Source: Chloroflexota bacterium (GTDB taxonomy: Bacteria; Chloroflexota; Anaerolineae; J102). Taken from it: a stretch of 64,000 nt of DNA. A model generated the notes under the pieces. That model saw only the letters and a program-made list of their open reading frames with translations. It was not told where the DNA came from and made no database searches. The first letter of the stretch is position 1. Each line of letters opens with the position of its first letter. This document shows positions 21,569 through 29,866 of the stretch, piece by piece. The translations under genes were made by a program, and so were the position numbers. The stretch covers positions 23,050 through 87,049 of the forward strand of contig JAYRVO010000064.1 in the NCBI GenBank assembly GCA_041918515.1, in the 5' to 3' direction.

Positions 21569-21847
21569 ATGGCCACTGACACGATTCAGATGCGCGCCAA
21601 GGGCAGCATCACCATTCCAATTGAATATCGAAAGAAATATGCGCTCGAGGAAGGTGATGTGTTTACACTCGTAGATCTCGGAGATGGAAGCTTCGTAATC
21701 GTGCCGCGCGTATCATTACTGCCGAAACTAGTGGCTGAACTCGAAGCCATTCGCGAGGAAGCCGGCGTCACGGTCGAGGATCTATTGGCTGATGTTCCCA
21801 AATACCGCCAACAGATCTACGAGGAACGCTATCGTGGGCGGTTCTGA
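21569..21847 (+). CDS. AbrB/MazE/SpoVT-type antitoxin
   Basis: IQMRAKGSITIPIEYRKKYALEEGDVFTL swapped-hairpin pattern. AGGAGG ribosome-binding site. Confidence 0.6.
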   Translation: MATDTIQMRAKGSITIPIEYRKKYALEEGDVFTLVDLGDGSFVIVPRVSLLPKLVAELEAIREEAGVTVEDLLADVPKYRQQIYEERYRGRF

Positions 21848-22295
21848 AACGAACGCGCCGCGTATCTTCTTTGACACTTCTGTCGTGTTGGCCTGCGCGT
21901 TTTCAAAGAGGGGTGCCAGCTATGTTCTAATCGAGCTGGCAAACCTCACGCTGATCGAAGGGCGTATTTCGCCTGACGTGCGTGAGGAGGTGTTGCGCAA
22001 TGCTCCTTCGAAGATGCCTGCGGCTATGCCTGCCTTGCGCTCGATCCTTTCCGAATATCTGATCGAAGGTCCGGCGCCATCGGCTGAAATGCTGATCACG
22101 ATGCGCGGCTATGCTGACGTCAAAGATGTCCCCATCCTGGCGGCAGCGATCGAGCAGAGGTGTCGGTACCTGGTGACGCTGAACGAGCGCGATTTTTGGC
22201 CGCCCTCAACTTTGATCACAATTGTGCGCCCGGGCGATCTGCTCTCGGCTATTCGGAAGCAGGTTGGTACGTTGATCATGGGAAATGATTTGTAG
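21834..22295 (+). CDS. PIN domain toxin
   Basis: GTG start overlapping the antitoxin stop. [19 protein letters not shown] acidic residues. Confidence 0.6.
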   Translation: MGGSETNAPRIFFDTSVVLACAFSKRGASYVLIELANLTLIEGRISPDVREEVLRNAPSKMPAAMPALRSILSEYLIEGPAPSAEMLITMRGYADVKDVPILAAAIEQRCRYLVTLNERDFWPPSTLITIVRPGDLLSAIRKQVGTLIMGNDL

Positions 22296-22302
22296 GTTTG
22301 CC

Positions 22303-22388
22303 CTACCTTCACCGCCTGAGCGAACTGGCTGGGATCAAAGTCGATTATGTGTCCGTAGGGCCGGAGCGGGAGCAGATGTTTGCGGTTT
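22303..22388 (+). repeat. copy of purA 3' end (..[24 protein letters not shown]-stop)
   Basis: About 90% identical to 21421-21508 at nucleotide level, including the stop codon. Confidence 0.85.
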
Positions 22389-22496
22389 GACGCCCCGCCT
22401 CTGGCCGCATCCCTGTTTGATTGGATATCGACGGGGTGGCATAATAGGGGCCAGAATTTATTCCTAATTCGAGGGCCAGCTCAGGAGGCCATGCTC

Positions 22497-22730
22497 ATGG
22501 AACGGGTTAAGGTCAGTCTAACGCCCCCGCTAAACGAATTTCTTAGCCGCCACGCATTCTACGGCTTCTCGGATAAGAGCGCGATGGCCCGCGCCGCTTT
22601 GTCTCGCCTGAAAGAAGAGATTGAGTTGCAGCTTCTGCAGCAATCCGCCGATCTGTATGCTGAGGAGTATGAAGATGATCGGGAATTGCAGGAATTGACG
22701 AAAGCGGCGCTGGCAGGATGGCCAGAATGA
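22497..22730 (+). CDS. RHH/CopG-like antitoxin (MazE-type partner)
   Basis: MERVKVSLTPPLNEFL... AGGAGG 8 nt upstream. ATGA overlap with mazF. Confidence 0.5.
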   Translation: MERVKVSLTPPLNEFLSRHAFYGFSDKSAMARAALSRLKEEIELQLLQQSADLYAEEYEDDRELQELTKAALAGWPE

Positions 22731-23083
22731 GCGCCCTGCGACGGGGGATGGTGGTCGAGGTCGATCTCGATCCGACGCTTGGTTCGGAGACAGGGAAGAC
22801 GCGGCCATGCGTGATCGTGACGAACGATGTCTACAACGAACGCGTGCCTGTGATTCAGGTTGTTCCGATCACGGCCTGGAGCGAGAACAAGGGCCGGATC
22901 AGGACGAACGTCGAGCTATTCCCCAGTTCTGATAACGGCTTGACGAAACGGTCGGTGGCCGATTGTCTGCAAACTCGTCCGGTCGATCATCGCTTGCGAT
23001 TGGTCGCCATTCTGGGTGAGCTAACAAAAACAGAAATGGGGCAGATCGATGAGGCACTAAAAGTCATATTTGCGCTAAAATGA
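22727..23083 (+). CDS. mazF: MazF/PemK family endoribonuclease toxin
   Basis: [30 protein letters not shown] is the MazF/PemK signature. Confidence 0.75.
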   Translation: MSALRRGMVVEVDLDPTLGSETGKTRPCVIVTNDVYNERVPVIQVVPITAWSENKGRIRTNVELFPSSDNGLTKRSVADCLQTRPVDHRLRLVAILGELTKTEMGQIDEALKVIFALK

Positions 23084-23215
23084 GCGAGCTGGCCGGAATC
23101 AAGGTCGATTACGTGTCGGTGGGGCCGGAGCGAGAGCAGATGTTTGCGGTATGACCGACCACTCCACCTACCTCTCCCCCTTCACCTGGCGCTATGGCTC
23201 CGACGCCAGTCGCTT
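23084..23215 (+). repeat. copy of purA 3' end fused (ATGA) to a purB-like 5' start ([19 protein letters not shown])
   Basis: gagcgagctggccggaatcaaggtcgattacgtgtcggtggggccggagcgagagcagatgtttgcggtatgaccgaccactccacctacctctcccccttcacctggcgctatggctccgac. Confidence 0.8.
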
Positions 23216-23252
23216 TTTCTCTTCGATTTGCCGCCCGCCATTTGTCGTACTA

Positions 23253-23275
23253 TGCTTTCTCGTACTTACACTATA
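23253..23275. promoter_or_regulatory. palindromic operator-like site upstream of the phd/doc-like pair
   Basis: tcgtacttacactataagtacga (9-bp inverted repeat) with an extra gtcgtacta half-site upstream. Typical of TA autoregulation. Confidence 0.35.
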
Positions 23276-23308
23276 AGTACGAGTACCCCAACAGGACGAG
23301 ATCAAATC

Positions 23309-23551
23309 ATGGTGCGCAAAATCTTCCGAACCGGCAACAGCATGGTCATCGCCCTGCCCAAAGAAATGCTCGATCCCCTTCGTCTGGGCGAAGGCGCCGA
23401 GGTGGATGTGCAGTTCGACCGCGCCCGCGGGGTGATCACCGTCTCGCCAGCGCCGGTGATGGTCAAAGGCGTGGATGAGGATTTCGCCCGGCAGGTCAGC
23501 GAGTTCATCGACCAATACCGTCCTGCCCTGGAAGCTCTGGCGCGGGCATGA
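23309..23551 (+). CDS. AbrB-type Phd-like antitoxin
   Basis: MVRKIFRTGNSMVIALPKEML. ATGA overlap with doc. Confidence 0.55.
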   Translation: MVRKIFRTGNSMVIALPKEMLDPLRLGEGAEVDVQFDRARGVITVSPAPVMVKGVDEDFARQVSEFIDQYRPALEALARA

Positions 23552-23931
23552 TCTATCTCTCGGTCGAGCAAGTACTGTTCGTCCACATGCGCTTGATCAG
23601 CGAGATTGGCGGTAGCCCTGGCATCCGTGATCTGGCGCTGCTGGCATCGGCAGTGGCTCGACCGCAGGCTATTTTTGGCGGCCAGTACCTCTATCCCGAC
23701 CTGGCCAGCAAGGCGGCGGTGCTCATGGATTCGCTGATGCGCAACCACCCTTTTATCGATGGCAATAAGCGAGTGGGAATCACGGCCGCCAGCTTGTTCC
23801 GGCAATTGAATGGCTACAGATTGACCGCATCCTCTGCCGAAGTCGAACTCTTCACCCTCCAGGTTGCCCGCTCGGAACTGACGCAAGTGCAGATCGCCGC
23901 CTGGTTTCGCTCTCACGGCGCCGCAAATTGA
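23548..23931 (+). CDS. doc: Doc (death-on-curing) toxin, Fic/Doc family
   Basis: HPFIDGNKRVGITAASLF Fic/Doc motif. 127 aa. Confidence 0.8.
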   Translation: MIYLSVEQVLFVHMRLISEIGGSPGIRDLALLASAVARPQAIFGGQYLYPDLASKAAVLMDSLMRNHPFIDGNKRVGITAASLFRQLNGYRLTASSAEVELFTLQVARSELTQVQIAAWFRSHGAAN

Positions 23932-23990
23932 CCGACCACACCACCTATCTTTTCCCTTTCACCCAGCATTGCGGCTCCGATGACATGCCT
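23929..23990 (+). repeat. degenerate copy of purB-like 5' start
   Basis: tgaccgaccacaccacctatcttttccctttcacccagcattgcggctccgatgacatg. Confidence 0.6.
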
Positions 23991-24016
23991 CGGGGCCAGG
24001 CTGCCTCGCCCCGTTT

Positions 24017-24025
24017 GTGGTATCA
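24017..24025 (+). promoter_or_regulatory. extended -10 promoter candidate (TGGTATCAT)
   Basis: TGnTATCAT upstream of the MNT/HEPN pair. Confidence 0.3.
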
Positions 24026-24074
24026 TGGCTCGTAACATACGATTGAGCGCGACCTGTTCTGTGATCGTGAAACT

Positions 24075-24431
24075 ATGTCGCAAACGAACGCCACAGGAAC
24101 ACACCCTGTTCGCTACACTCCCTCTCCAACCGTCGAAACGCTACGCGAGGCAGCGCCCAGCTTTTGGGCGGATTTGACTCGCGCACACATGATATTGCAG
24201 GAGGCGGGGTGTACTGATATCTACGTCTTTGGGTCGCTGGTTAGCGGGCGGGCGCGTTCGGATTCAGATATCGATTTAGCGGTGCGGGGTTGCCCTAAAG
24301 GTAAGTTCTTCCATTTGCTTGGACAGCTCATGTTCCAGTTGGAGCATCCTGTGGATTTAGTCGATCTTGATGGGAATCACTCGTTTGCCGAATTCCTGGA
24401 GAGAGAAGGGGGCCTGGTGCGAATTGAATGA
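24075..24431 (+). CDS. MNT nucleotidyltransferase antitoxin (Pol-beta superfamily)
   Basis: YVFGSLVSGRARSDSDIDLAV NTase motif. Confidence 0.7.
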   Translation: MSQTNATGTHPVRYTPSPTVETLREAAPSFWADLTRAHMILQEAGCTDIYVFGSLVSGRARSDSDIDLAVRGCPKGKFFHLLGQLMFQLEHPVDLVDLDGNHSFAEFLEREGGLVRIE

Positions 24432-24894
24432 GAAATTTGTATCTCAGATTCGTTTTGAAGTTGGGGAAATCGAACACCTGATCGTCGCCTATGCAGAGTT
24501 GCTGGCGACATCTGTCAGCACGATGCCAGATCAGGTGCACCTTGCTGCTTTGGCGGCAGTCTTGCATTCGTTTTATTCTGGCGTGGAGCGGATTTTTCTG
24601 ACCATCGCCAATTCGATTGATGGCATGACGCCTACAGGACAGCAGTGGCATCGTGATTTGCTCGCACAAATGACCATTGCCACTCGACATCGTCAGTCGG
24701 TTTTGTCAACTGGAGCAGCGGCGCACTTACGCGACTACTTGGCATTTCGTCACTTCTTCCGACATACGTACTCGTTCTATCTGGATTGGGATGAGATGGC
24801 AGAACTTGTGCGAATGCTACCAGCGGTTTGGGCAGAGACGAAAGGGGACATCGAACACTTTCTCACAACGATTGATCTACCACACAGGCCGTGA
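24425..24894 (+). CDS. HEPN domain toxin (HepT-like), probable TTG start overlapping MNT stop
   Basis: Adjacent and overlapping an MNT gene. Alpha-helical ~155 aa protein with an R(x)4-6H-like region (RHRQSV..RHFFRHT). Confidence 0.55.
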
Positions 24895-24940
24895 GAGTGG
24901 ACCACACCACCTACCTCTCCCCCTTCACCTGGCGCTACCA
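24893..24940 (+). repeat. short copy of purB-like 5' start
   Basis: gtggaccacaccacctacctctcccccttcacctggcgcta. Confidence 0.6.
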
Positions 24941-25018
24941 CGTCTTTGCGATGCCCAATTTCTTGCGACTTGCCCTCTAAAACTTGGTGTGCTAACCTGC
25001 ATTTCAGGAGACTCAACT

Positions 25019-25312
25019 ATGATCAACCAGGTGACACTCACTTCGCCGCGGCAGCGCCCACTCAAACCACTCATCGAAGCGGCGTTGAACAGCGAGATGC
25101 GACTTCTGCAAACCGCCATCCAACGCACCGAACGACATCTGCAGGAATTCGAGGTCGCTTATGGCATGACGAGTGACGAATTTGTGCGGCGTTTTGAAAA
25201 CGATGACTTGCCAGAAACGCTCGACTTCGTCGACTGGATCGGCGAGTATCGGCTCTTGAACCGGTTGAGCGATAAAGCAGATGCCTTCATGGAGATCAAG
25301 TTTGCTCATTGA
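25019..25312 (+). CDS. hypothetical protein (first gene of unassigned two-gene cassette)
   Basis: 98 aa. AGGAG ribosome-binding site 8 nt upstream. Overlaps the next ORF. Confidence 0.4.
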   Translation: MINQVTLTSPRQRPLKPLIEAALNSEMRLLQTAIQRTERHLQEFEVAYGMTSDEFVRRFENDDLPETLDFVDWIGEYRLLNRLSDKADAFMEIKFAH

Positions 25313-25691
25313 CGTCTACTTTCGCCAGATCGCCGAGCTAATCGAAAATTGTGCGATCGTGCAGTCAGCGAATGTCGCCTACGACAAACGGGGCAGGTAT
25401 GAGGGATATATACGCGGGGAAATCTATTTTGTCGATGGCTCAGTTCTCCATCTTCGTGAATTCATCGATGTGGAATCCGAGGTGGAGCGCCTTACCTATG
25501 CCTACCAATACATGAACGCCAACCAGGCATTGATATTTCGCTATGACAACACGGGGCACCATCGGAGACTTCTGTTGCCCACCCATCCCCATCACAAGCA
25601 TGTTGGTGGCGAGACCACCGTGATTGCCTCGTCCGCGCCTCATCTCGCCGAAGTGCTCGATGAAATCCTGATGTCAATGACCTGGACCTGA
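25281..25691 (+). CDS. hypothetical protein (second gene of unassigned cassette, putative TA-like)
   Basis: About 130 aa. Overlaps the upstream gene. No motif I can assign. Confidence 0.35.
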   Translation: MPSWRSSLLIDVYFRQIAELIENCAIVQSANVAYDKRGRYEGYIRGEIYFVDGSVLHLREFIDVESEVERLTYAYQYMNANQALIFRYDNTGHHRRLLLPTHPHHKHVGGETTVIASSAPHLAEVLDEILMSMTWT

Positions 25692-25957
25692 TGACCGACC
25701 ACACCACCTACCTCTCCCCCTTCACCTGGCGCTGCGGCTCCGACGACATGCGCCAGATTTTCTCCGAAATCCATCGCCGCAAGCTGTGGCGGCGGATTTG
25801 GGTGGCGCTCTCGCCCAGACCCTGCAAGATTTGGGGGTCGATTGGGAAGAAATCCGCCGGGCGCGGGCCTACATCCACCGCCTGAGCAAACTGGCCGGGA
25901 TCAAAGTCGATTACGTGTCCGTCGGGCCAGAGCGGGAGCAGATGTTTGCGGTTTGAG
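25691..25957 (+). pseudogene. chimeric fragment: purB-like 5' end (~50 codons, frameshifted) joined to purA 3' end
   Basis: [38 protein letters not shown], then (after a 1-nt shift) [49 protein letters not shown]-stop. The N-terminus resembles E. coli PurB (SP.DGRYG...IFSE...VEVRWL). Confidence 0.55.
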
Positions 25958-26014
25958 CATCTAAATCATAGGTTTACCAGATAGCAATTCTTTTCACCAA
26001 GGAGCCTTCATTTC

Positions 26015-27151
26015 GTGGATATTTCCCCTTACGGCGTCCCTCAAAACCGTCGCCATCGCGTGCTGGCGGCCATCCGGCACGAAGAAACCGACTACACACC
26101 CTACAACTTTCACTCCATCCCCATGGTCTACCACGCCATCCGGGATTACTACGGCCTGCGGGATAGCGAGGAAGTGGCGGATTTCATCGGCAACCACGTC
26201 GTCAAGATTGGCACCGACTTCAACTACAACCCCTGGGCCAGCGAGATCAAACAGCTCGACCTGACCCCCAGCGGCGGCCCTGTCCACACCAATCTCGACG
26301 CCAAAGGCGAGCTGCACATGGACGAATTTGGCTGCGTGTGGGACCGGCAGTCGGGCATGCCCCACCCCGTGGCCTATCCCATCGCTGATGACCACCGCAA
26401 GCTGGAGAGCTACCAGATGCCTGACCCCCACCGTCAGGGTCGTTTCGACCAGGCCCAAGCCCTGGCCGACCGCTGGCGCGACAAAGCCTTCATCTTTGGC
26501 AAGCTGGGCATGGTGATGTTCGAACGCGCCTGGAGCATTCGCAGCATGCCGCAACTGATGATGGACATGAAAAAACGCCCGGAATTCGTCCACGAGCTGA
26601 TGGATCGCATCCTCTATGAGTGGGATTTGCCCATCATCGACCTGCAATGCGACATCGGCATCGACGGCATGTACTTCGCCGATGATTGGGGCACCTCGGC
26701 CGGCCTCATGTTCAGCCCCGACTATTGGCGCACCTTCATCAAGCCCCGGCTGGCCGTCATCTTCAATCGCTGTCACCAGAACGGCGTCTACGTCGGCCTG
26801 CACTCCGACGGCAAGATCGCCCCGCTCTTCCCCGAACTGATCGAGATTGGGCTGGACATCTTCAATCCCCTGGAGCCGGCGGCCATGGACCGGCTGGAAA
26901 TAAAGCAGCTGTACGGCGACAAACTCACCTTCTACGGCGGGCTGGATGTCGAGCACACCATGCCCTTCGGCACAGCCGAAGACGTGCGCCAGGAAACGCG
27001 CTGGCTGGTGGAGAACCTGGGCAAAGGCGGCGGCTACATCCTGCAGACCAGCCATCAGGTGCTGTGGGACACGCCGATGGCGAATATCGTCGCCTACATC
27101 GAGGAGGTGCGGGCGATGGCAGGGTTGGAGACGCCGCGGGTAAACTCGTGA
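26015..27151 (+). CDS. uroporphyrinogen decarboxylase (URO-D) family protein (methyltransferase/decarboxylase fold)
   Basis: 378 aa. URO-D-like architecture. C-terminal region (GGGYILQTSH) typical of MtaA/CmuA/URO-D family. Confidence 0.7.
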   Translation: MDISPYGVPQNRRHRVLAAIRHEETDYTPYNFHSIPMVYHAIRDYYGLRDSEEVADFIGNHVVKIGTDFNYNPWASEIKQLDLTPSGGPVHTNLDAKGELHMDEFGCVWDRQSGMPHPVAYPIADDHRKLESYQMPDPHRQGRFDQAQALADRWRDKAFIFGKLGMVMFERAWSIRSMPQLMMDMKKRPEFVHELMDRILYEWDLPIIDLQCDIGIDGMYFADDWGTSAGLMFSPDYWRTFIKPRLAVIFNRCHQNGVYVGLHSDGKIAPLFPELIEIGLDIFNPLEPAAMDRLEIKQLYGDKLTFYGGLDVEHTMPFGTAEDVRQETRWLVENLGKGGGYILQTSHQVLWDTPMANIVAYIEEVRAMAGLETPRVNS

Positions 27152-27225
27152 TGATGCTTGTAGTAACGACTTTAGTCGTTAACGATCATATGAACGACTA
27201 AAGTCGTTACTACGAACTTTCGTCT
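27150..27225. repeat. palindromic element GTAGTAACGACTTTAGTCGTTA present as an inverted pair
   Basis: gtagtaacgactttagtcgttaacg...cgactaaagtcgttactac. The same 22-mer recurs at 50710. Likely a bidirectional terminator between convergent genes. Confidence 0.7.
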
Positions 27226-27413
27226 TGCTTATCTTTTTCTATAGCTACCTCGTTATTCGACGTTTCTGCTGGTTTCCATATGCCTCTTGGCTGCAATCGC
27301 TGCATTTGCTCGATGATAGCGACCTTCTCTTCCCAGGACAAAGCCGACAAGGCGCGCCTTCGTTCCGCTTTGGCGGCCAGGATGGCGGAAATGTCATAGT
27401 AGGCTTTCTCCAT
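27210..27413 (-). CDS. hypothetical small protein
   Basis: 67-aa ORF downstream of the NTase-like gene. Charged, helical. Confidence 0.3.
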   Translation of the reverse strand: MEKAYYDISAILAAKAERRRALSALSWEEKVAIIEQMQRLQPRGIWKPAETSNNEVAIEKDKQDESS

Positions 27414-27426
27414 ACTTGCTCCTTGT

Positions 27427-27942
27427 TCAGTCCTCGGTCAGAAACCGTCGCCGGAAATTCTCCCATCGCCCCATAAGTTCATGGCGAAGCAGGATGGCCC
27501 GCAGTTTCTCTTGATCCAGCACCTGCGCCTCAAGAAATTGGAGCAATCGAGCGTGGTCTTTCGGACGACCGGTCTGTAACATGATGGCCGCCAAGTGTTC
27601 GGCAGTAAAAACACGAGTCGGGGTCGAGCCGAAGTTCACCGAAATAGCTTGCTCCATCGCTTCCTCTGTCAGCGGGTTGAAGACCGGCAGGAATTGGATC
27701 GGCCAACCTTCGACGATGATCGCTTCTCCCTGCGGAACATAGCCACGCTCGCTCAAGTAACGATAAATGGGACTGAGTGAAACTAGGCCAACTGGCAGTA
27801 TGGGGAAGAATACAAAAACGTCGAGATCAAAGGTCTGGACGGGTTCGATATAAAAGGTGGCGGCCACTGCTCCACCAATAGCATAGTGCTTGATGATCCC
27901 TTCGCTTTGCATGAGGTTGATGATGGCCAAAGTTCGTTCCAT
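27427..27942 (-). CDS. nucleotidyltransferase-fold protein (AbiEii/MNT-like), hypothetical
   Basis: HYAIGGAVAATFY..TFDLDVFVF resembles a GG(S/T)A...D.D NTase motif. About 172 aa. Confidence 0.4.
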   Translation of the reverse strand: MERTLAIINLMQSEGIIKHYAIGGAVAATFYIEPVQTFDLDVFVFFPILPVGLVSLSPIYRYLSERGYVPQGEAIIVEGWPIQFLPVFNPLTEEAMEQAISVNFGSTPTRVFTAEHLAAIMLQTGRPKDHARLLQFLEAQVLDQEKLRAILLRHELMGRWENFRRRFLTED

Positions 27943-28355
27943 AGTGGGAGTATAGCGCCTGCGCCTTCTCTTGAACAAGCTCATCCAAACAGGTCACATA
28001 TGCGAGTTTTGACAGCGGCAATCAGAGAAGGGCGCTCGCCTGTCGCACTCCACCCTCCCGGTCTGGGGACGGCGGGGCTTGCCGCGTGTCGCTATGTTCG
28101 TCTTGGGTAAGCGTCCAGAGATAGAGGACAACGAGAGCAATGATGATGAGAACAATCATGGGGATCTCCGAAGCAGTGGCGGGGATGAACGACGTCAGAT
28201 TGATTCTGACAGGCCAAAGTGAACATAGCTTGAAAACGGAGAGCAGCTTGCGTGACAGTTCTTTCACCTGACCAACATCGTTGCCGGATGCGTCGCCTGT
28301 TTCCTCGACGGCGACGTTATCTCACAAAATTTCTTCAAAATAATTAGAAAATACC

Positions 28356-28384
28356 TTGACAAAATCTTTTATACATGCTATCAT
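28356..28384 (+). promoter_or_regulatory. sigma-70-type promoter (TTGACA-17-TATCAT)
   Basis: ttgacaaaatcttttatacatgctatcat in a locally AT-rich stretch about 100 nt upstream of the hydrolase gene. Confidence 0.55.
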
Positions 28385-28492
28385 CCAGCTATGACATCAA
28401 CCCCGCGCTCGCGGTCGCGGTCGTGGCCACGACCGCGAAGCTTTGCCCGACTGGCAAGAGCGTCCCCGCCGACTACTTGATTACGAAACACG

Positions 28493-29275
28493 ATGACCTT
28501 ACAACCTGATACGACTCGCACTCCGACGCCGCCCCGACGCCATCTGCTGCGCTGGACCCTCCTGGCAGCACTTGTCATCCTCCTTGTCGCCATCAGCGGC
28601 TTTCTCGTCTGGGCCATGACCCCGCTTGGCCCCGCGCCCGCGGCCCTGGCCGCTCTGCAATCTGACGCCCAAGTGACCGTCGAGCAAAACGACTGGCTGG
28701 TCTTCAAGCCAAGTACGACCTCGCCCACGACCGGCCTCGTCTTCTACCCCGGCGGTCGCGTCGACTACCGCTCCTATGCTCCCCAGATGCATGACATTGC
28801 GGCCCAAGGTTATCTGGTCATCATCGCGCCCATGCCCCTCAGCCTGGCAGTCTTCGCTCCTGGCCAAGCCGCCGACATCATCGCCGCCCATCCTGAGATC
28901 GAACATTGGGCCATTGCGGGCCATTCGTTGGGCGGCGCCATGGCGGCCAACTTCATCTACACTCACCCTCAAGCTGCTGAAGGCCTGGCTCTATGGGCGG
29001 CCTACCCTGCCGACAACAACAGCTTGGCCAGCCACATCCTGCCCGTCACCTCCATCTACGGCACGAACGACGGCGCCGCCGCAACCCTGGCAGCCTCCCG
29101 CACGCTTTTGCCGCCCCAAACCCGCTGGATAGTTATCACTGGCGGCAACCACGCCCAATTCGGCAGCTATGGCGCCCAGCCCGGCGACGGAGTAGCGGCC
29201 ATCTCCGCCGAGGAACAACGCCGCCAAACAGTGGGCGCCACCGTCGAACTGCTGGCCAGTATCAGCGCCCAATAG
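28493..29275 (+). CDS. alpha/beta hydrolase, membrane-anchored
   Basis: N-terminal TM helix. GHSLGG nucleophile elbow. Conserved His near the C-terminus. Confidence 0.7.
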   Translation: MTLQPDTTRTPTPPRRHLLRWTLLAALVILLVAISGFLVWAMTPLGPAPAALAALQSDAQVTVEQNDWLVFKPSTTSPTTGLVFYPGGRVDYRSYAPQMHDIAAQGYLVIIAPMPLSLAVFAPGQAADIIAAHPEIEHWAIAGHSLGGAMAANFIYTHPQAAEGLALWAAYPADNNSLASHILPVTSIYGTNDGAAATLAASRTLLPPQTRWIVITGGNHAQFGSYGAQPGDGVAAISAEEQRRQTVGATVELLASISAQ

Positions 29276-29373
29276 ACCAAACCCCACGGCCATGACCGCT
29301 GCTCTTCGGCCACGAAGAACAGCGCCGGAAGCGACCCTCGCCACCTGCATGACCAACACTCCCCCTCGCTGCC

Positions 29374-29847
29374 ATGTACGAAACTCTCACCGCCCCTGAC
29401 TTCACCCTCCAAACCTCCGACGGACAAACCTTTCGGCTCTCCGCCCAACAGGGCCAGCAACACACCGTTCTCGTCTTCAATCGCGGCTTCACCTGACCGC
29501 ACTGCCGTCGGCATATGGCGCAGTTGCGTCAAGACTATACGAAATTTACGAGTAAACACGCCGAGATCGTCGTTGTGGGGCCAGAAGACAGGCGAACCTT
29601 CACGTATGTCTGGAACAAAGAACGCTACCCCTTTGTCGGACTGCCCGATCCTACTCACACCGTCGCCGACCTCTACGGACAACAAGTCAAGCTCCTCAAA
29701 TTCGGGCGCATGCCCTCCCTCGTGGTCATCGACAAACGCGGACAAATCCGCTATCGGCACTATGCCGACTCGATGAGCGACATCCCTCCCAACGACGAAA
29801 TCCTGGCCGTACTGGATGAACTCAACCGGGCGGATGATCCTACATAA
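29374..29847 (+). CDS. peroxiredoxin/redoxin-like selenoprotein candidate (in-frame TGA at 29494-29496 read as Sec)
   Basis: MYETLTAPDFTLQTSDGQTFRLS..VLVFNRGFT-[TGA]-PHCRRHMAQL.. then the 29515 ORF continues in frame. The TGA sits exactly where Prx/Trx-fold proteins carry the catalytic Cys (U-P-H-C = UxxC). A hairpin, gcactgccgtcggcatatggcgcagttgc, starts 3 nt after the TGA. Confidence 0.55.
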
Positions 29848-29866
29848 GCCACAACGCACTGCTCAA

